Positions 26,302 to 35,574 of a DNA stretch of 64,000 bases are shown here, piece by piece. The DNA lies in NCBI GenBank assembly GCA_018821305.1, contig JAHJMN010000046.1, positions 15,894 through 79,893 on the forward strand. The letters are read 5' to 3'. Positions within the stretch are counted from its first letter, which is position 1; every line of letters begins with the position of its first letter. The position numbers and the translations under genes are program-made. This stretch comes from Myxococcota bacterium. GTDB lineage: Bacteria; Myxococcota_A; Polyangia; HGW-17. The notes under the pieces are model-generated. The model had not been told where the DNA came from and made no database searches. It saw only the letters and a list, made by a program, of their open reading frames with translations.

Positions 26302-27090
26302 TCAGGTTATTTCCACTCGGAAGAGTTGCTGTCCGATAAAGACAAAATCACCATGAACTAACATGTGATTATCTTTTATCCTGAAAAATGTTCCATTTCT
26401 GGATGATAGATCTGTCAGGGTAAAACCGTCACTTGAGTAATCAATTCTTGCATGATTAGCCGAAATGAAGGGATCAGACGGGAAATCTTTGGTGTTACCG
26501 TCACGACCAATGGAAATGAAATTTTCCTCTGCTCGGTAAACGTCACCGTCTATTCCTCCCTGAAGGATTCTAGTCAGGAGAAATGCCGAAGGAAGATGGG
26601 GTGTGAAATAAAAATAAGTTCCATCCGGCTCCGGGAAGGTTTCATTATAATCACCCGGAAGATCCAGTCTGAAAAGCATTCTTCCTACCATGAAAACATC
26701 ACCGGGATCGAGACTGACGCTGCCCTTGATCCTCACAAAAACACCGTTTGCACTGTCCAAATCTTTTACAAAAAGATTGCCATCCTGATAGTAAAAATTA
26801 GCATGGCGAGGGCTCAGCATGGGATCGGGAAGTTCTGAGCGAATTTGCCCTTCCGTTCTGCCGATAACGTGTTCCTGACCGGTAAGATAATAAGTTGTTC
26901 CGTCCTGGCCACTGCCTTTAATAAGGACCAGACGAGCCCTTCCGGGAACTTGAAAAGCCCCGAAGTACATAGTTTTGGCTTTTTGCTGAGCAGGTTCGGC
27001 ACCACCTATGCCTGCTCCGCAGTTACCACAGAATTTGAACCCCGGTGCCACAGGCGTGCCACATTTGGGGCAAGATTTCTGCTCACTCAT
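26302..27090 (-). CDS. zinc-ribbon / double FHA-domain protein (paralog of 24684-26267)
   Basis: Zinc ribbon 'CPKCGTPVAPGFKFCGNCG' and two FHA cores ('VIGRTEG..SPRHANF..DLDSANGVFV' and 'SIGRDGN..SANHARI..DLSSRNGTFF'). Confidence 0.85.
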   Translation of the reverse strand: MSEQKSCPKCGTPVAPGFKFCGNCGAGIGGAEPAQQKAKTMYFGAFQVPGRARLVLIKGSGQDGTTYYLTGQEHVIGRTEGQIRSELPDPMLSPRHANFYYQDGNLFVKDLDSANGVFVRIKGSVSLDPGDVFMVGRMLFRLDLPGDYNETFPEPDGTYFYFTPHLPSAFLLTRILQGGIDGDVYRAEENFISIGRDGNTKDFPSDPFISANHARIDYSSDGFTLTDLSSRNGTFFRIKDNHMLVHGDFVFIGQQLFRVEIT

Positions 27091-27432
27091 TTACATACCT
27101 CCTGTCAAATCAGGACAGCTGGTCCACAATTCGTTTAAAATCTACAGCCGGATTGAAAACGGCCGTTTACGATTAATTACAAAAACATACAGCCTCTGTT
27201 CCGTAATTCAGCAGCGCTAAAAAATAACTCAAATTTCCGAAAAGAGACCTATAACAACAAAGGTTCAACCCAGCATGGAACTGGAAAAATAAATCTACAT
27301 TGATTCAGGATGGTAATATTATTCCAGTTCATGTCAAGAATTAACGGGAATATTGCATCGGTTTTGTGCCAATATTTTTATAATACCCCATGTTTCGTCA
27401 ATTTGGGGAGTGTACCTTTTAAAAACGAACCT

Positions 27433-29622
27433 TTAGAAAGCAGAAACGGGAGATGGTACAGAGGCATCTCCGGAGGTTCCATTTCCCAGTTTGCCTTCCG
27501 CATCCCATCCCCAGCAGTAGATATTCCCAGACGGTCTTATCAGACAATTGTAATATGACCCGGCGGATATTAAATCGCCGTTTTCGCGATTAATATCTAT
27601 CACTTCCTGAGGGGCTAAAAAACCGAATGAGGCAGAACCATTCCCTAATTGACCATATTCGTTACTTCCCCAGCAGTAGGCAGTGGTTCCCGTTGTTGCA
27701 CAAGTATGATCTTTTCCAGCAGTAACAGAAACAAAGGTTCCCGAAGCAGAAACTGCGAATGCGTTATCTGGATGATTTATATGGGGTATAAGTAGTCCGC
27801 ATTGGGCTGATAGCGATTCTCCCCAACAGTAAACCTTCGAATCACTGGAATTTATTGCGCAAGTATGAAGCTCCCCTGCGGAAATGTCGCTGAAAGTCAT
27901 TGCAGGGTTTGAGTAAACTGCAGCAGGTGAAGGTTGATTTGTATTATTTCCATTGCCTAACTGATAATCCCCGTTATAGCCCCAGCAGTAGGCTTGCCCA
28001 TTTGTTAAAAGAACACAAGTGTGCAGCCAACCGGCAGAAATTTTTTGAATATCCGCCGACGTGAATGGCGAAAGTGTGGTGGGTTCCCATGTCGTTGTTG
28101 TCGTTCCGATTCCCAACTGCCCGTTTGTGTTTTGTCCCCAACAACTCATCATGTTTGGAGATAAAGAGTGTCTTGCACAAGTGTGATTTCCTCCGGCGGA
28201 AACGAGATCAAAATCAAGACCGGAGTTTACTGCAACAGGGCTATTATAGACACCTGAAGCTTCCTGTCCGAGCTGTCCGTCTGCGTTTGAACCCCAGCAT
28301 TTCAATTCACCTGCCGAAGTTATCCCGCAAGTATGCGCATATCCAGCTTCAATCTGAGTGAAAGTATCTGTTCCTGCAACTGGAGCAGGAACGTGGGATG
28401 AATTAAGGTTTCCAGTTCCCAGTTGTCCCACGGAGTTGTTACCCCAGCACATGACCTTACCAGTATTAAGCAGACCACAGGCATGGAGTTCTCCAGTAGT
28501 AACAGATGTAAATATGTTACATTCCGACCAGTTGCAACTATCGCAAACAAGATCAGGTCCATGAATATGTCCAAAGGTCGCACATGTTTCAGTGTGAATA
28601 ATTAAGGGATCACACTCTTCAAGTGATTCTTGCAAAATTCCATCTCCACAGGAGCCAAGACACCCGGAAGTGTCGAAACTACAATTATCCTGACAGGCAA
28701 GGGTTCCACCGTAAGTTTGCCCAAGGGACTCACAGGATTGTTCGTCCAGATTTGTGCCATCGCAGTCTTCGTCTGGAGCGTCGATATTGTTATCGCCACA
28801 TTGACCGTTACAACCGGAAAAGTCGAAAGCGCAGTCTACACATGCTAAAACTCCGGGGTTATATCCCATTGACTCACATGTTTCACCGCCGAAGTTAGTT
28901 CCATCGCAGGTTTCTAAAGTTTCTTGAATTGTGCCGTCACCGCAGAAACCTTCACAAAGACTTGTATCAAAATGACAGTCTTCTTTGCAGCGGAGTGCGC
29001 CCCCCCGGTGACCGAGACTTTCACAAGTTTGTCCGCCAAGATCCAACGCTTCACAATCTTCAAAATACGCTGTCTGAATTTCCAGATCACCGCACTTACC
29101 CCAGGGAATACAATGATCTACATCATATCGGCAATTTGCGCAGACTGTTATTGGACCACCACCATAGTATCCCAGATCTTCGCAATCAAGACCTTCGGGG
29201 ACGGTGCCTTCACAATCCTCGTATTCGTCTAAATTGCCATTGCCACATAAAAAATCCTCACAAAGGGATGTGTCGAATTGACAATCAGAAGTGCATGAAA
29301 GAATTCCTGTAGAATAACCGCGCGTTTCGCAAGTGTTGTCCAGAAGGTTTTCCCCTTCGCATTTTTCTCCGTAGAAGGGTTCAATTTTGTTATCTCCACA
29401 AAAACCTCCGGTGCACTGTGACGTATTCAGGGTGCAATCAGAGTTGCAGGAAATCTCTCCCTCATACTTGCCTGTTATGTCTCGACAGGAAACCGGGATT
29501 GCAGTACCGTCACATTCTTCGCCGGGATCCAGAATATTATCTCCACAATTATTTGTAGTCTGAGAATCATCGCAGGCCGATGTAAGTAAAAATGTAAGTA
29601 CTATTAAAACCTTGAATTTCAT
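27433..29622 (-). CDS. lipoprotein with ~7 Myxococcus-type cysteine-rich repeats and a 7-blade RCC1-like propeller
   Basis: Lipobox 'LLTSAC'. Repeated 'CGD(G/N)..(E)..E.CDG....C..LG...G.L.C...C.FD.S.C' modules are followed by seven 'CWG.N..GQLG' motifs. Confidence 0.85.
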   Translation of the reverse strand: MKFKVLIVLTFLLTSACDDSQTTNNCGDNILDPGEECDGTAIPVSCRDITGKYEGEISCNSDCTLNTSQCTGGFCGDNKIEPFYGEKCEGENLLDNTCETRGYSTGILSCTSDCQFDTSLCEDFLCGNGNLDEYEDCEGTVPEGLDCEDLGYYGGGPITVCANCRYDVDHCIPWGKCGDLEIQTAYFEDCEALDLGGQTCESLGHRGGALRCKEDCHFDTSLCEGFCGDGTIQETLETCDGTNFGGETCESMGYNPGVLACVDCAFDFSGCNGQCGDNNIDAPDEDCDGTNLDEQSCESLGQTYGGTLACQDNCSFDTSGCLGSCGDGILQESLEECDPLIIHTETCATFGHIHGPDLVCDSCNWSECNIFTSVTTGELHACGLLNTGKVMCWGNNSVGQLGTGNLNSSHVPAPVAGTDTFTQIEAGYAHTCGITSAGELKCWGSNADGQLGQEASGVYNSPVAVNSGLDFDLVSAGGNHTCARHSLSPNMMSCWGQNTNGQLGIGTTTTTWEPTTLSPFTSADIQKISAGWLHTCVLLTNGQAYCWGYNGDYQLGNGNNTNQPSPAAVYSNPAMTFSDISAGELHTCAINSSDSKVYCWGESLSAQCGLLIPHINHPDNAFAVSASGTFVSVTAGKDHTCATTGTTAYCWGSNEYGQLGNGSASFGFLAPQEVIDINRENGDLISAGSYYNCLIRPSGNIYCWGWDAEGKLGNGTSGDASVPSPVSAF

Positions 29623-29877
29623 GAGACATCCTCCTGATGTGCTTATTATACGAAAAAAGAATCATAGTTGACTTTCAGGGTCAAGTTTGTGGTTCTCAGA
29701 GTAATAAATTCAAAATAGTAATACCGGATTTTAATTTGAAATCCGAGAGATATATTCAAATTATAGTTATTTCTTTCACAGAGGTAAAAGTTTTTTTTGT
29801 TTTTTTTACACAGGATAAAAATAGAAGATGCTATCGACGGGGTAAGTTATTGCAAATATAAACTTTATCAGAAAAGA

Positions 29878-32133
29878 TCATTCAACAAGAAGTTTCAATC
29901 CTTCAAGGAGTACTTTTGAACTGCTCACAGAAGGACTCTGCCCACCAAGATATTTGGAGAACCATTCAAGATGAGCAAGGTAATAAAGAGGCATGGAGCG
30001 AACATGTGATGGCCAGTGTCCATCATTCGGGAAAACGATAAGTCGTGCAGGAATATTTTGACGACGAAGGGCCGTAAATAGTTGAAGTGACTGCGTATAA
30101 GGTACACGATAATCCCTTTCTCCTGTAATAACAAGAGTTGGTGTTGAGAATTTAGCCGCATGGATGGACGGACTCATTTTTAACCATTTTTCGTGGTTTT
30201 TCCATGGCAGGCCACCAATATCCCACTCGGGAAACCACAGTTCTTCCGTGGCTCCGTGAAAAGAAGGCAAATCGTAAACACCCATCATAGAAGCAAACGC
30301 TGCAAAAACTTTAGTATGACCAAGGAGCCAATTCATCATATATCCACCCCAGGACCAACCCATGGCACCCATTTTTGTGCTGTCCACAAAGGGCATTTTT
30401 GAGAGAGCATCAGTTACTGCCATAATATCTTTATGGACTTTACCATTCCAATCCTTGCTTATTGCTGATGTGTAGGTTTGTCCATATCCCGTTGAGCCAT
30501 GAGGATTTGGAAAAGCAACAATATAGCCTGCTGCGGGATAAATTTGCCAGTCTCCGCGGAATGAATCGGACCACTGCATCTGAGGTCCCCCATGAACATT
30601 CAGGATGAGGGGGTATTTTTTTCCTGGTTTAAACCCGTGAGGCTTTACTATAAAAGTATGGACAGGCTTTCCGTCGGCACCGGGAATGAACATTTCTTCA
30701 ACAGGACGTATATCATATTTTTTTACAATACTGTCATTGAAGGTCGTAAGTTTGTTAAATCCTTTATCCGAAAAAAGATAGAGTTCCAGCGGTTTACCTG
30801 TAAGGGACATAGTGAAAAGAATTTTACCACGGGTTGCAGTGAATTCTCTGCAATGAGAGACCCCCTCGTGAGGTGTGAGAGTATTTTTATCTGCGTCATA
30901 AATATAAAGGGGATAGCGTCCTTTTTCCGGTGCCTGAAACGCGAGTTTTCCATTGTCAAACCATTGAAAGTCATAAATCCAGTTATCAAAATTTTCAGTT
31001 ACAATTGACTTTTTTCCGGTTTTTCGGTCCATTATTATAAGATTAAACTTGTCGCTTTCAAAACCATCAATTTTCTGGGTTTTCCATGCCAGATACTTAC
31101 CATCGGGACTGTACGCAGGTGCAGAGTCTGAACCCTTGTTTTCGCTCGTTACCTGGGAAGTCTTGCCGCCAGAGATGGAAACGGTGAAAATATCTTTATT
31201 GGTAGACCATGCTTCGGCAATAGGTTCTCCTCCGTATGCTGTAAATGCAACTTCTTTTGAGTCAGGACTTATGCTGAAGCCCCGTTCTCCAAGGCTGAAA
31301 GCAGGTGCATCCGAGTTTCCTGGAGTGATGTCTGTCAGTGTTCCATTTTCAAGATTGTGAGAGATTATGTGGGTCCGTTTCGTCGTTCGCCACTCAGTCC
31401 AGTGTCGGTAAAGAAGGTCATCACTCATCCATGCTTTAAGGGGGCTGGCAGCTTTTTTTGCATCAAGCTCACGATGCTTTGCAAAATCCGTTGTAACAGA
31501 AGGATAGACAGATGTGGAATAAACAAGCCACTGGTTATCTTCGCTCAGAGCGTACTCAAAGACTCCGTCTGGAACATCGGTGAGTTTTTCAGGCTCACCT
31601 CCTTTTAGTGAAATTCTGTAAACCTGTGCTGGGCCTTTTCTTGTGGACAGAAAATAAAGATATTCAGCGTTTTTAGAGAAATGGGGGCTGTAGTCCGGGC
31701 CGGAAAATGTGGTCAATTTATGAAGGCCCAAATCCTTTAAATCAGCATAATAAATATCAGGGTTGGTTTTCCCGGATGCGAGGGAATAGGTTGTTGTTAC
31801 AAAAGCTATTTTAGTCCCATCAGGGCTAATGACAGGGGAACTGATATTTTTTATTCGATATAACGCACCGATTGTAAACGGTTTCTTCGCGGCATCTCCA
31901 GCATCATCTGGTTTTCGAGAGTCTTTGAAGATATCCTGACTTTTCAATGATTTGGCTATTAATTTTGCAGGTTGAGATACCGCTGATGCCTTATGGAGTG
32001 CATGAGCCTTTTCAACAGGTTTACTCGCGGTCTTTTGTGGCGAGTTTTTTTTATCTCCACAGGGGTTTTTCTTTTCAGGGCAGTTGCAGGAAACAAATGC
32101 AAATATTGAAATAATTGCAATTTTAATAATCAT
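29878..32133 (-). CDS. S9 family serine peptidase (prolyl oligopeptidase/DPP-like) lipoprotein
   Basis: An N-terminal beta-propeller-like region is followed by the catalytic 'GAMGWSWGGYMMNW' (GxSxGG). Downstream 'TGERDYRVP' and 'DGHWP' fit the Asp/His of the catalytic triad. Confidence 0.85.
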   Translation of the reverse strand: MIIKIAIISIFAFVSCNCPEKKNPCGDKKNSPQKTASKPVEKAHALHKASAVSQPAKLIAKSLKSQDIFKDSRKPDDAGDAAKKPFTIGALYRIKNISSPVISPDGTKIAFVTTTYSLASGKTNPDIYYADLKDLGLHKLTTFSGPDYSPHFSKNAEYLYFLSTRKGPAQVYRISLKGGEPEKLTDVPDGVFEYALSEDNQWLVYSTSVYPSVTTDFAKHRELDAKKAASPLKAWMSDDLLYRHWTEWRTTKRTHIISHNLENGTLTDITPGNSDAPAFSLGERGFSISPDSKEVAFTAYGGEPIAEAWSTNKDIFTVSISGGKTSQVTSENKGSDSAPAYSPDGKYLAWKTQKIDGFESDKFNLIIMDRKTGKKSIVTENFDNWIYDFQWFDNGKLAFQAPEKGRYPLYIYDADKNTLTPHEGVSHCREFTATRGKILFTMSLTGKPLELYLFSDKGFNKLTTFNDSIVKKYDIRPVEEMFIPGADGKPVHTFIVKPHGFKPGKKYPLILNVHGGPQMQWSDSFRGDWQIYPAAGYIVAFPNPHGSTGYGQTYTSAISKDWNGKVHKDIMAVTDALSKMPFVDSTKMGAMGWSWGGYMMNWLLGHTKVFAAFASMMGVYDLPSFHGATEELWFPEWDIGGLPWKNHEKWLKMSPSIHAAKFSTPTLVITGERDYRVPYTQSLQLFTALRRQNIPARLIVFPNDGHWPSHVRSMPLYYLAHLEWFSKYLGGQSPSVSSSKVLLEGLKLLVE

Positions 32134-32216
32134 TCTAATGCTCCAAATGGTTCATGTGTCGCAGGAAATAACGTCTCGAAATATATGTTCAACTTTGAAA
32201 ATTGATAAAAAATGAG

Positions 32217-33626
32217 CTATTCTGAATCCTCAAGTCTGGAAGGTTCAGTCTCAGAAATTTTCGTTATTGTTATGCCTGTAAATCCATAAAAAATGGATAT
32301 TATCGGGTTCAGTAAATTTAAAAATGCAAAAGGAAGGTAGTACAGGGGAAAAACACCCAGCGTTGACCACATGAATGCACCACAAGTGTTCCATGGTACC
32401 AGTGGCGAAGTAAGGGTAGCGCTGTCTTCCAGTGCTCTGCTGAGATTTCTGGGATCAAGCCCAAGTTTAGCATAGGATGCCTTGTACATGCGACCGGGCA
32501 ATACTATGGCGATATATTGATCCCCTGCAAGCACATTTACTCCGATTGCTGTGAGGATGGTCGCAAGAATCAAGGAGCCGGCTCCACGTACGAGAGACAA
32601 AATGGCCGATGTAATTCTCGCCAGAAACCCGCCGGCTTCCATAATTCCCCCGAAACTGACAGCGCAGAGAATCAGGGAAACAGTATCCATCATGGAATTC
32701 AGGCCACCTCTTGAAAGCAGACTATCAACAGCTTTAACTCCAGTTTGTGAGACATATCCATTTTTGATCACTGAAAGAGTCTTAAAAAAACCAGCCTTTT
32801 GAATGAGCAGAGCTGCAAGAATTCCCAGAGCCACACCCGCCATGAGACTGGGAAGAGCAGGCTTTTTCCATGCAACAAGCCCAATTACTACAAGGGGTGG
32901 AAGCAAAAGGATCGGGCTCATCGTGAACTGAGCCTTTAAAGGAATTGTGAATGTATCAGCGTTAAACGCGCCCCCGGAAGGAAGCATGAAACCGAGAATC
33001 AGGTACCCGATTAGTGCAATAATCATAGAAGGCACTGTTGTGTAAAACATATGGCGGATATGGGTGATTAAATCAGTTCCAGCGATGGCCGGAGCGAGGT
33101 TTGTTGTGTCTGAAAGGGGAGACATTTTGTCCCCGAAGTAAGCCCCGCTGACAATGGCTCCGGCGGTCATGGCGGGATTAATTCCCATGGCAGTTCCAAG
33201 TCCCATGAGAGCAAGACCAATTGTGCCTGCTGTTGACCATGAAGACCCTGTGGCAAGGCTTACCAGAGCGCTGATGAGCGCACTTGTAAACAAAAAGAAA
33301 CGAGGATTTACAATATCAAAACCATAATAAATAAGAGCAGGAACGATACCACCTTGAATCCATGATGCTATGAGTAGACCCACGGTCATCAGGATAAGAA
33401 CTGCTCCAAGAGTTGAAGTGATGTTTTTTATAATGGATTCAATGATTTCCTGCCATTTAATGCCATAAAGTCGAGCCAGAATTGAAGCAAGTGCCGCACT
33501 GAAAATGAGAGGTACATGGGGCTGTTGTTTATTCTTGATTACACTGAAATAAAGAAAAACAATAAGAAATACAACTGGAAATAGCGAAACTAAAAGACCC
33601 GGACGTTTTGAATTTTCCGATGTCAT
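32217..33626 (-). CDS. nhaC: Na+/H+ antiporter NhaC family
   Basis: 'GSSWSTAGTIGLALMGLG' and 'SGAYFGDKMSPLSDTTNLAP' are hallmark NhaC motifs. It has an ATGA overlap with the cdaR stop. Confidence 0.85.
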   Translation of the reverse strand: MTSENSKRPGLLVSLFPVVFLIVFLYFSVIKNKQQPHVPLIFSAALASILARLYGIKWQEIIESIIKNITSTLGAVLILMTVGLLIASWIQGGIVPALIYYGFDIVNPRFFLFTSALISALVSLATGSSWSTAGTIGLALMGLGTAMGINPAMTAGAIVSGAYFGDKMSPLSDTTNLAPAIAGTDLITHIRHMFYTTVPSMIIALIGYLILGFMLPSGGAFNADTFTIPLKAQFTMSPILLLPPLVVIGLVAWKKPALPSLMAGVALGILAALLIQKAGFFKTLSVIKNGYVSQTGVKAVDSLLSRGGLNSMMDTVSLILCAVSFGGIMEAGGFLARITSAILSLVRGAGSLILATILTAIGVNVLAGDQYIAIVLPGRMYKASYAKLGLDPRNLSRALEDSATLTSPLVPWNTCGAFMWSTLGVFPLYYLPFAFLNLLNPIISIFYGFTGITITKISETEPSRLEDSE

Positions 33627-34639
33627 TTCTGACCACCGGCTTTGGGCTGAACTGGCTGAAGTGCTTTTTTACGATTCGTTTCCGGCTTCGCTGTTGTTAC
33701 AGGTGTCTTTTTCGTTGAAACCTGAACTCTGGCGGGCTGAACCCGATAACTGAAAGAACTGGGGAGGCCTTTAACTGATACATTAAGCCAGATTAGTTCA
33801 TCTCCGGGAAGCCGGTTTAAATAGACAATCGGTCGTAGTTTTGAAGGAGCCATTGAATATAAAGTCTTTTTATCACCTTCAACATAAATATCTACCACAG
33901 AAGGAGTGATTTGAAGTTCCTGATTTTCGGCCTGGCTACCCTCAATATTTACACTGACACCACTGAATTTGCGGCTTGAAACAGCACGATCAACGAAAAT
34001 TTTGACCTGAACTTTTGTAAGATTCGGCTCAATTGTAATGTTAGGTCCAAGTTCAGGCAGAGGGATTTCCTTTTCTGTAACGCCTTCGGTCTTTACGTGG
34101 AGAGGAGGGAGGGGAATATCAACAATCGATACGACTGCGGATTTGGGCCCACTAATTTTAAACTTGTTGGGCGTGATTTTAACTTCACTCACGTGAAAGA
34201 ATCTGTCGGTGCTGACCTTCAGATTCATTGGTATAATACGTTTAAGAATGGGCTCCATTTTTACAGGGAGATATTGGGGGGAAATGGAACTGACTTTGAT
34301 ATTCCGTGGTAAATCAAACATCGTTGTGTCAAGTTCGTATCGGTCGCCGCCAACACGCCCGAGGTCCACAGTCAAACGTTTGGTGTAGGTTGTTTTATTA
34401 ATTTTTTTGATTAATGCCCATGGTCCGTTTACAACAATCCTTACATTATAGTTAAGATCGTTTAATATCATATGATTTGCAGGTTTGTTTATGTAGTCAA
34501 CATTTATATAGATAACACCCTCTGCGTCTTTGTCCGAACGAACCATAAAGAAAAGGGCAACGGCAATAACGAAGGACATCACCTTAAGTTGCCAGTCATC
34601 AATTACTGCTTTAGCGAGGAAGGAGAAGAATCGTCTCAT
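33623..34639 (-). CDS. cdaR: YbbR-domain protein, CdaA regulator CdaR
   Basis: N-terminal TM segment, repeated YbbR-like beta modules, and a position directly downstream of cdaA. Confidence 0.75.
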   Translation of the reverse strand: MRRFFSFLAKAVIDDWQLKVMSFVIAVALFFMVRSDKDAEGVIYINVDYINKPANHMILNDLNYNVRIVVNGPWALIKKINKTTYTKRLTVDLGRVGGDRYELDTTMFDLPRNIKVSSISPQYLPVKMEPILKRIIPMNLKVSTDRFFHVSEVKITPNKFKISGPKSAVVSIVDIPLPPLHVKTEGVTEKEIPLPELGPNITIEPNLTKVQVKIFVDRAVSSRKFSGVSVNIEGSQAENQELQITPSVVDIYVEGDKKTLYSMAPSKLRPIVYLNRLPGDELIWLNVSVKGLPSSFSYRVQPARVQVSTKKTPVTTAKPETNRKKALQPVQPKAGGQK

Positions 34640-34640
34640 C

Positions 34641-34741
34641 TAGACCGCTTCCTGAGTAATACGATTGTGCTGAATTTGGGAAATATCATATAATTTCATA
34701 ATTGCCTTAATTTCGATCCTTTTACTCAGGAAGCGGTTTAG
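34641..34741. repeat. ~100-nt element with 17-20 bp terminal inverted arms (long-stem element)
   Basis: The left arm TAGACCGCTTCCTGAGTAA (34641-34659) pairs with the right arm TTACTCAGGAAGCGGTTTAG (34722-34741). The element fills the whole cdaA-cdaR spacer and includes the cdaA stop codon. Confidence 0.85.
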
Positions 34742-35574
34742 TTTTCCTCTCCATCTTCTTTCCACCATCCACCCGGGGTAAGAGCCTGCTTTTTAAACAA
34801 TCGGGTTACTTCGTTGCGGAGTCGGGAGAGATTTTCCATTTCAACAAGTTTTCCATGTTCGCATATGGAAATTGTTCCTCGTTCTTCAGAAACGACAACA
34901 GCAATTGCATCGGTGTTTTCGGTAATTCCCACGGCGGCACGATGACGAGTTCCGTATTTCTGCCCCATATCTGGATTGTCACTAAGGGGAAGAAGTGCTC
35001 CGGCTTTGAAAAGTCGGTTTTTTCGGACCAGAACTGCTCCATCATGGAGCGGGTTTTCACTTGAAACGTTGAAAATAGCCCAGAGAATCTCTTTACTTAC
35101 TTTACCGTCGATTATTTCGCCACCCGTGTGGATTGGTTCTTCCAGCTCAGCTTCCCGCTCAATGACGATAATTGCGCCCTGACGGATTTGAGACATGCGA
35201 TCCACAGCTTCAATTATTTCTTCAAGAGCTTCTCTCTGTTTGGATGCGGGATTGAGAAAAGGAGATATTCCGGTTCCAATTCGAGTGAGAGCACGCCGTA
35301 TTTCGTTCTGAAAGATAACAATAATAAATAAAATAAAGTATTTAGAGAAGTTGGCTAGCATCCATTGGAGGGTGAAAACATCAATATAACGAGAAACTAT
35401 GCTTGCAACGGCAACAAGTAAAAGAAGACCAATGAGCATCATAAAGGCCCTGGTTCCTCTTACCAATTGCAAAAACTTATACAGGATAAATGTGACAAGG
35501 AGTAGATCCAGAAGTGTAGTTATTACACCAATGTAAATGTTTTTGTCACTGTAGAAAATATCTATTCCAAACAT
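34738..35574 (-). CDS. cdaA: diadenylate cyclase CdaA
   Basis: Three N-terminal TM helices and a DisA_N/DAC domain with 'GAIIVIE', 'HDGAVLV', 'GTRHRAAVGITENTDAIAVVVSEERGTISI'. Confidence 0.9.
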   Translation of the reverse strand: MFGIDIFYSDKNIYIGVITTLLDLLLVTFILYKFLQLVRGTRAFMMLIGLLLLVAVASIVSRYIDVFTLQWMLANFSKYFILFIIVIFQNEIRRALTRIGTGISPFLNPASKQREALEEIIEAVDRMSQIRQGAIIVIEREAELEEPIHTGGEIIDGKVSKEILWAIFNVSSENPLHDGAVLVRKNRLFKAGALLPLSDNPDMGQKYGTRHRAAVGITENTDAIAVVVSEERGTISICEHGKLVEMENLSRLRNEVTRLFKKQALTPGGWWKEDGEEN

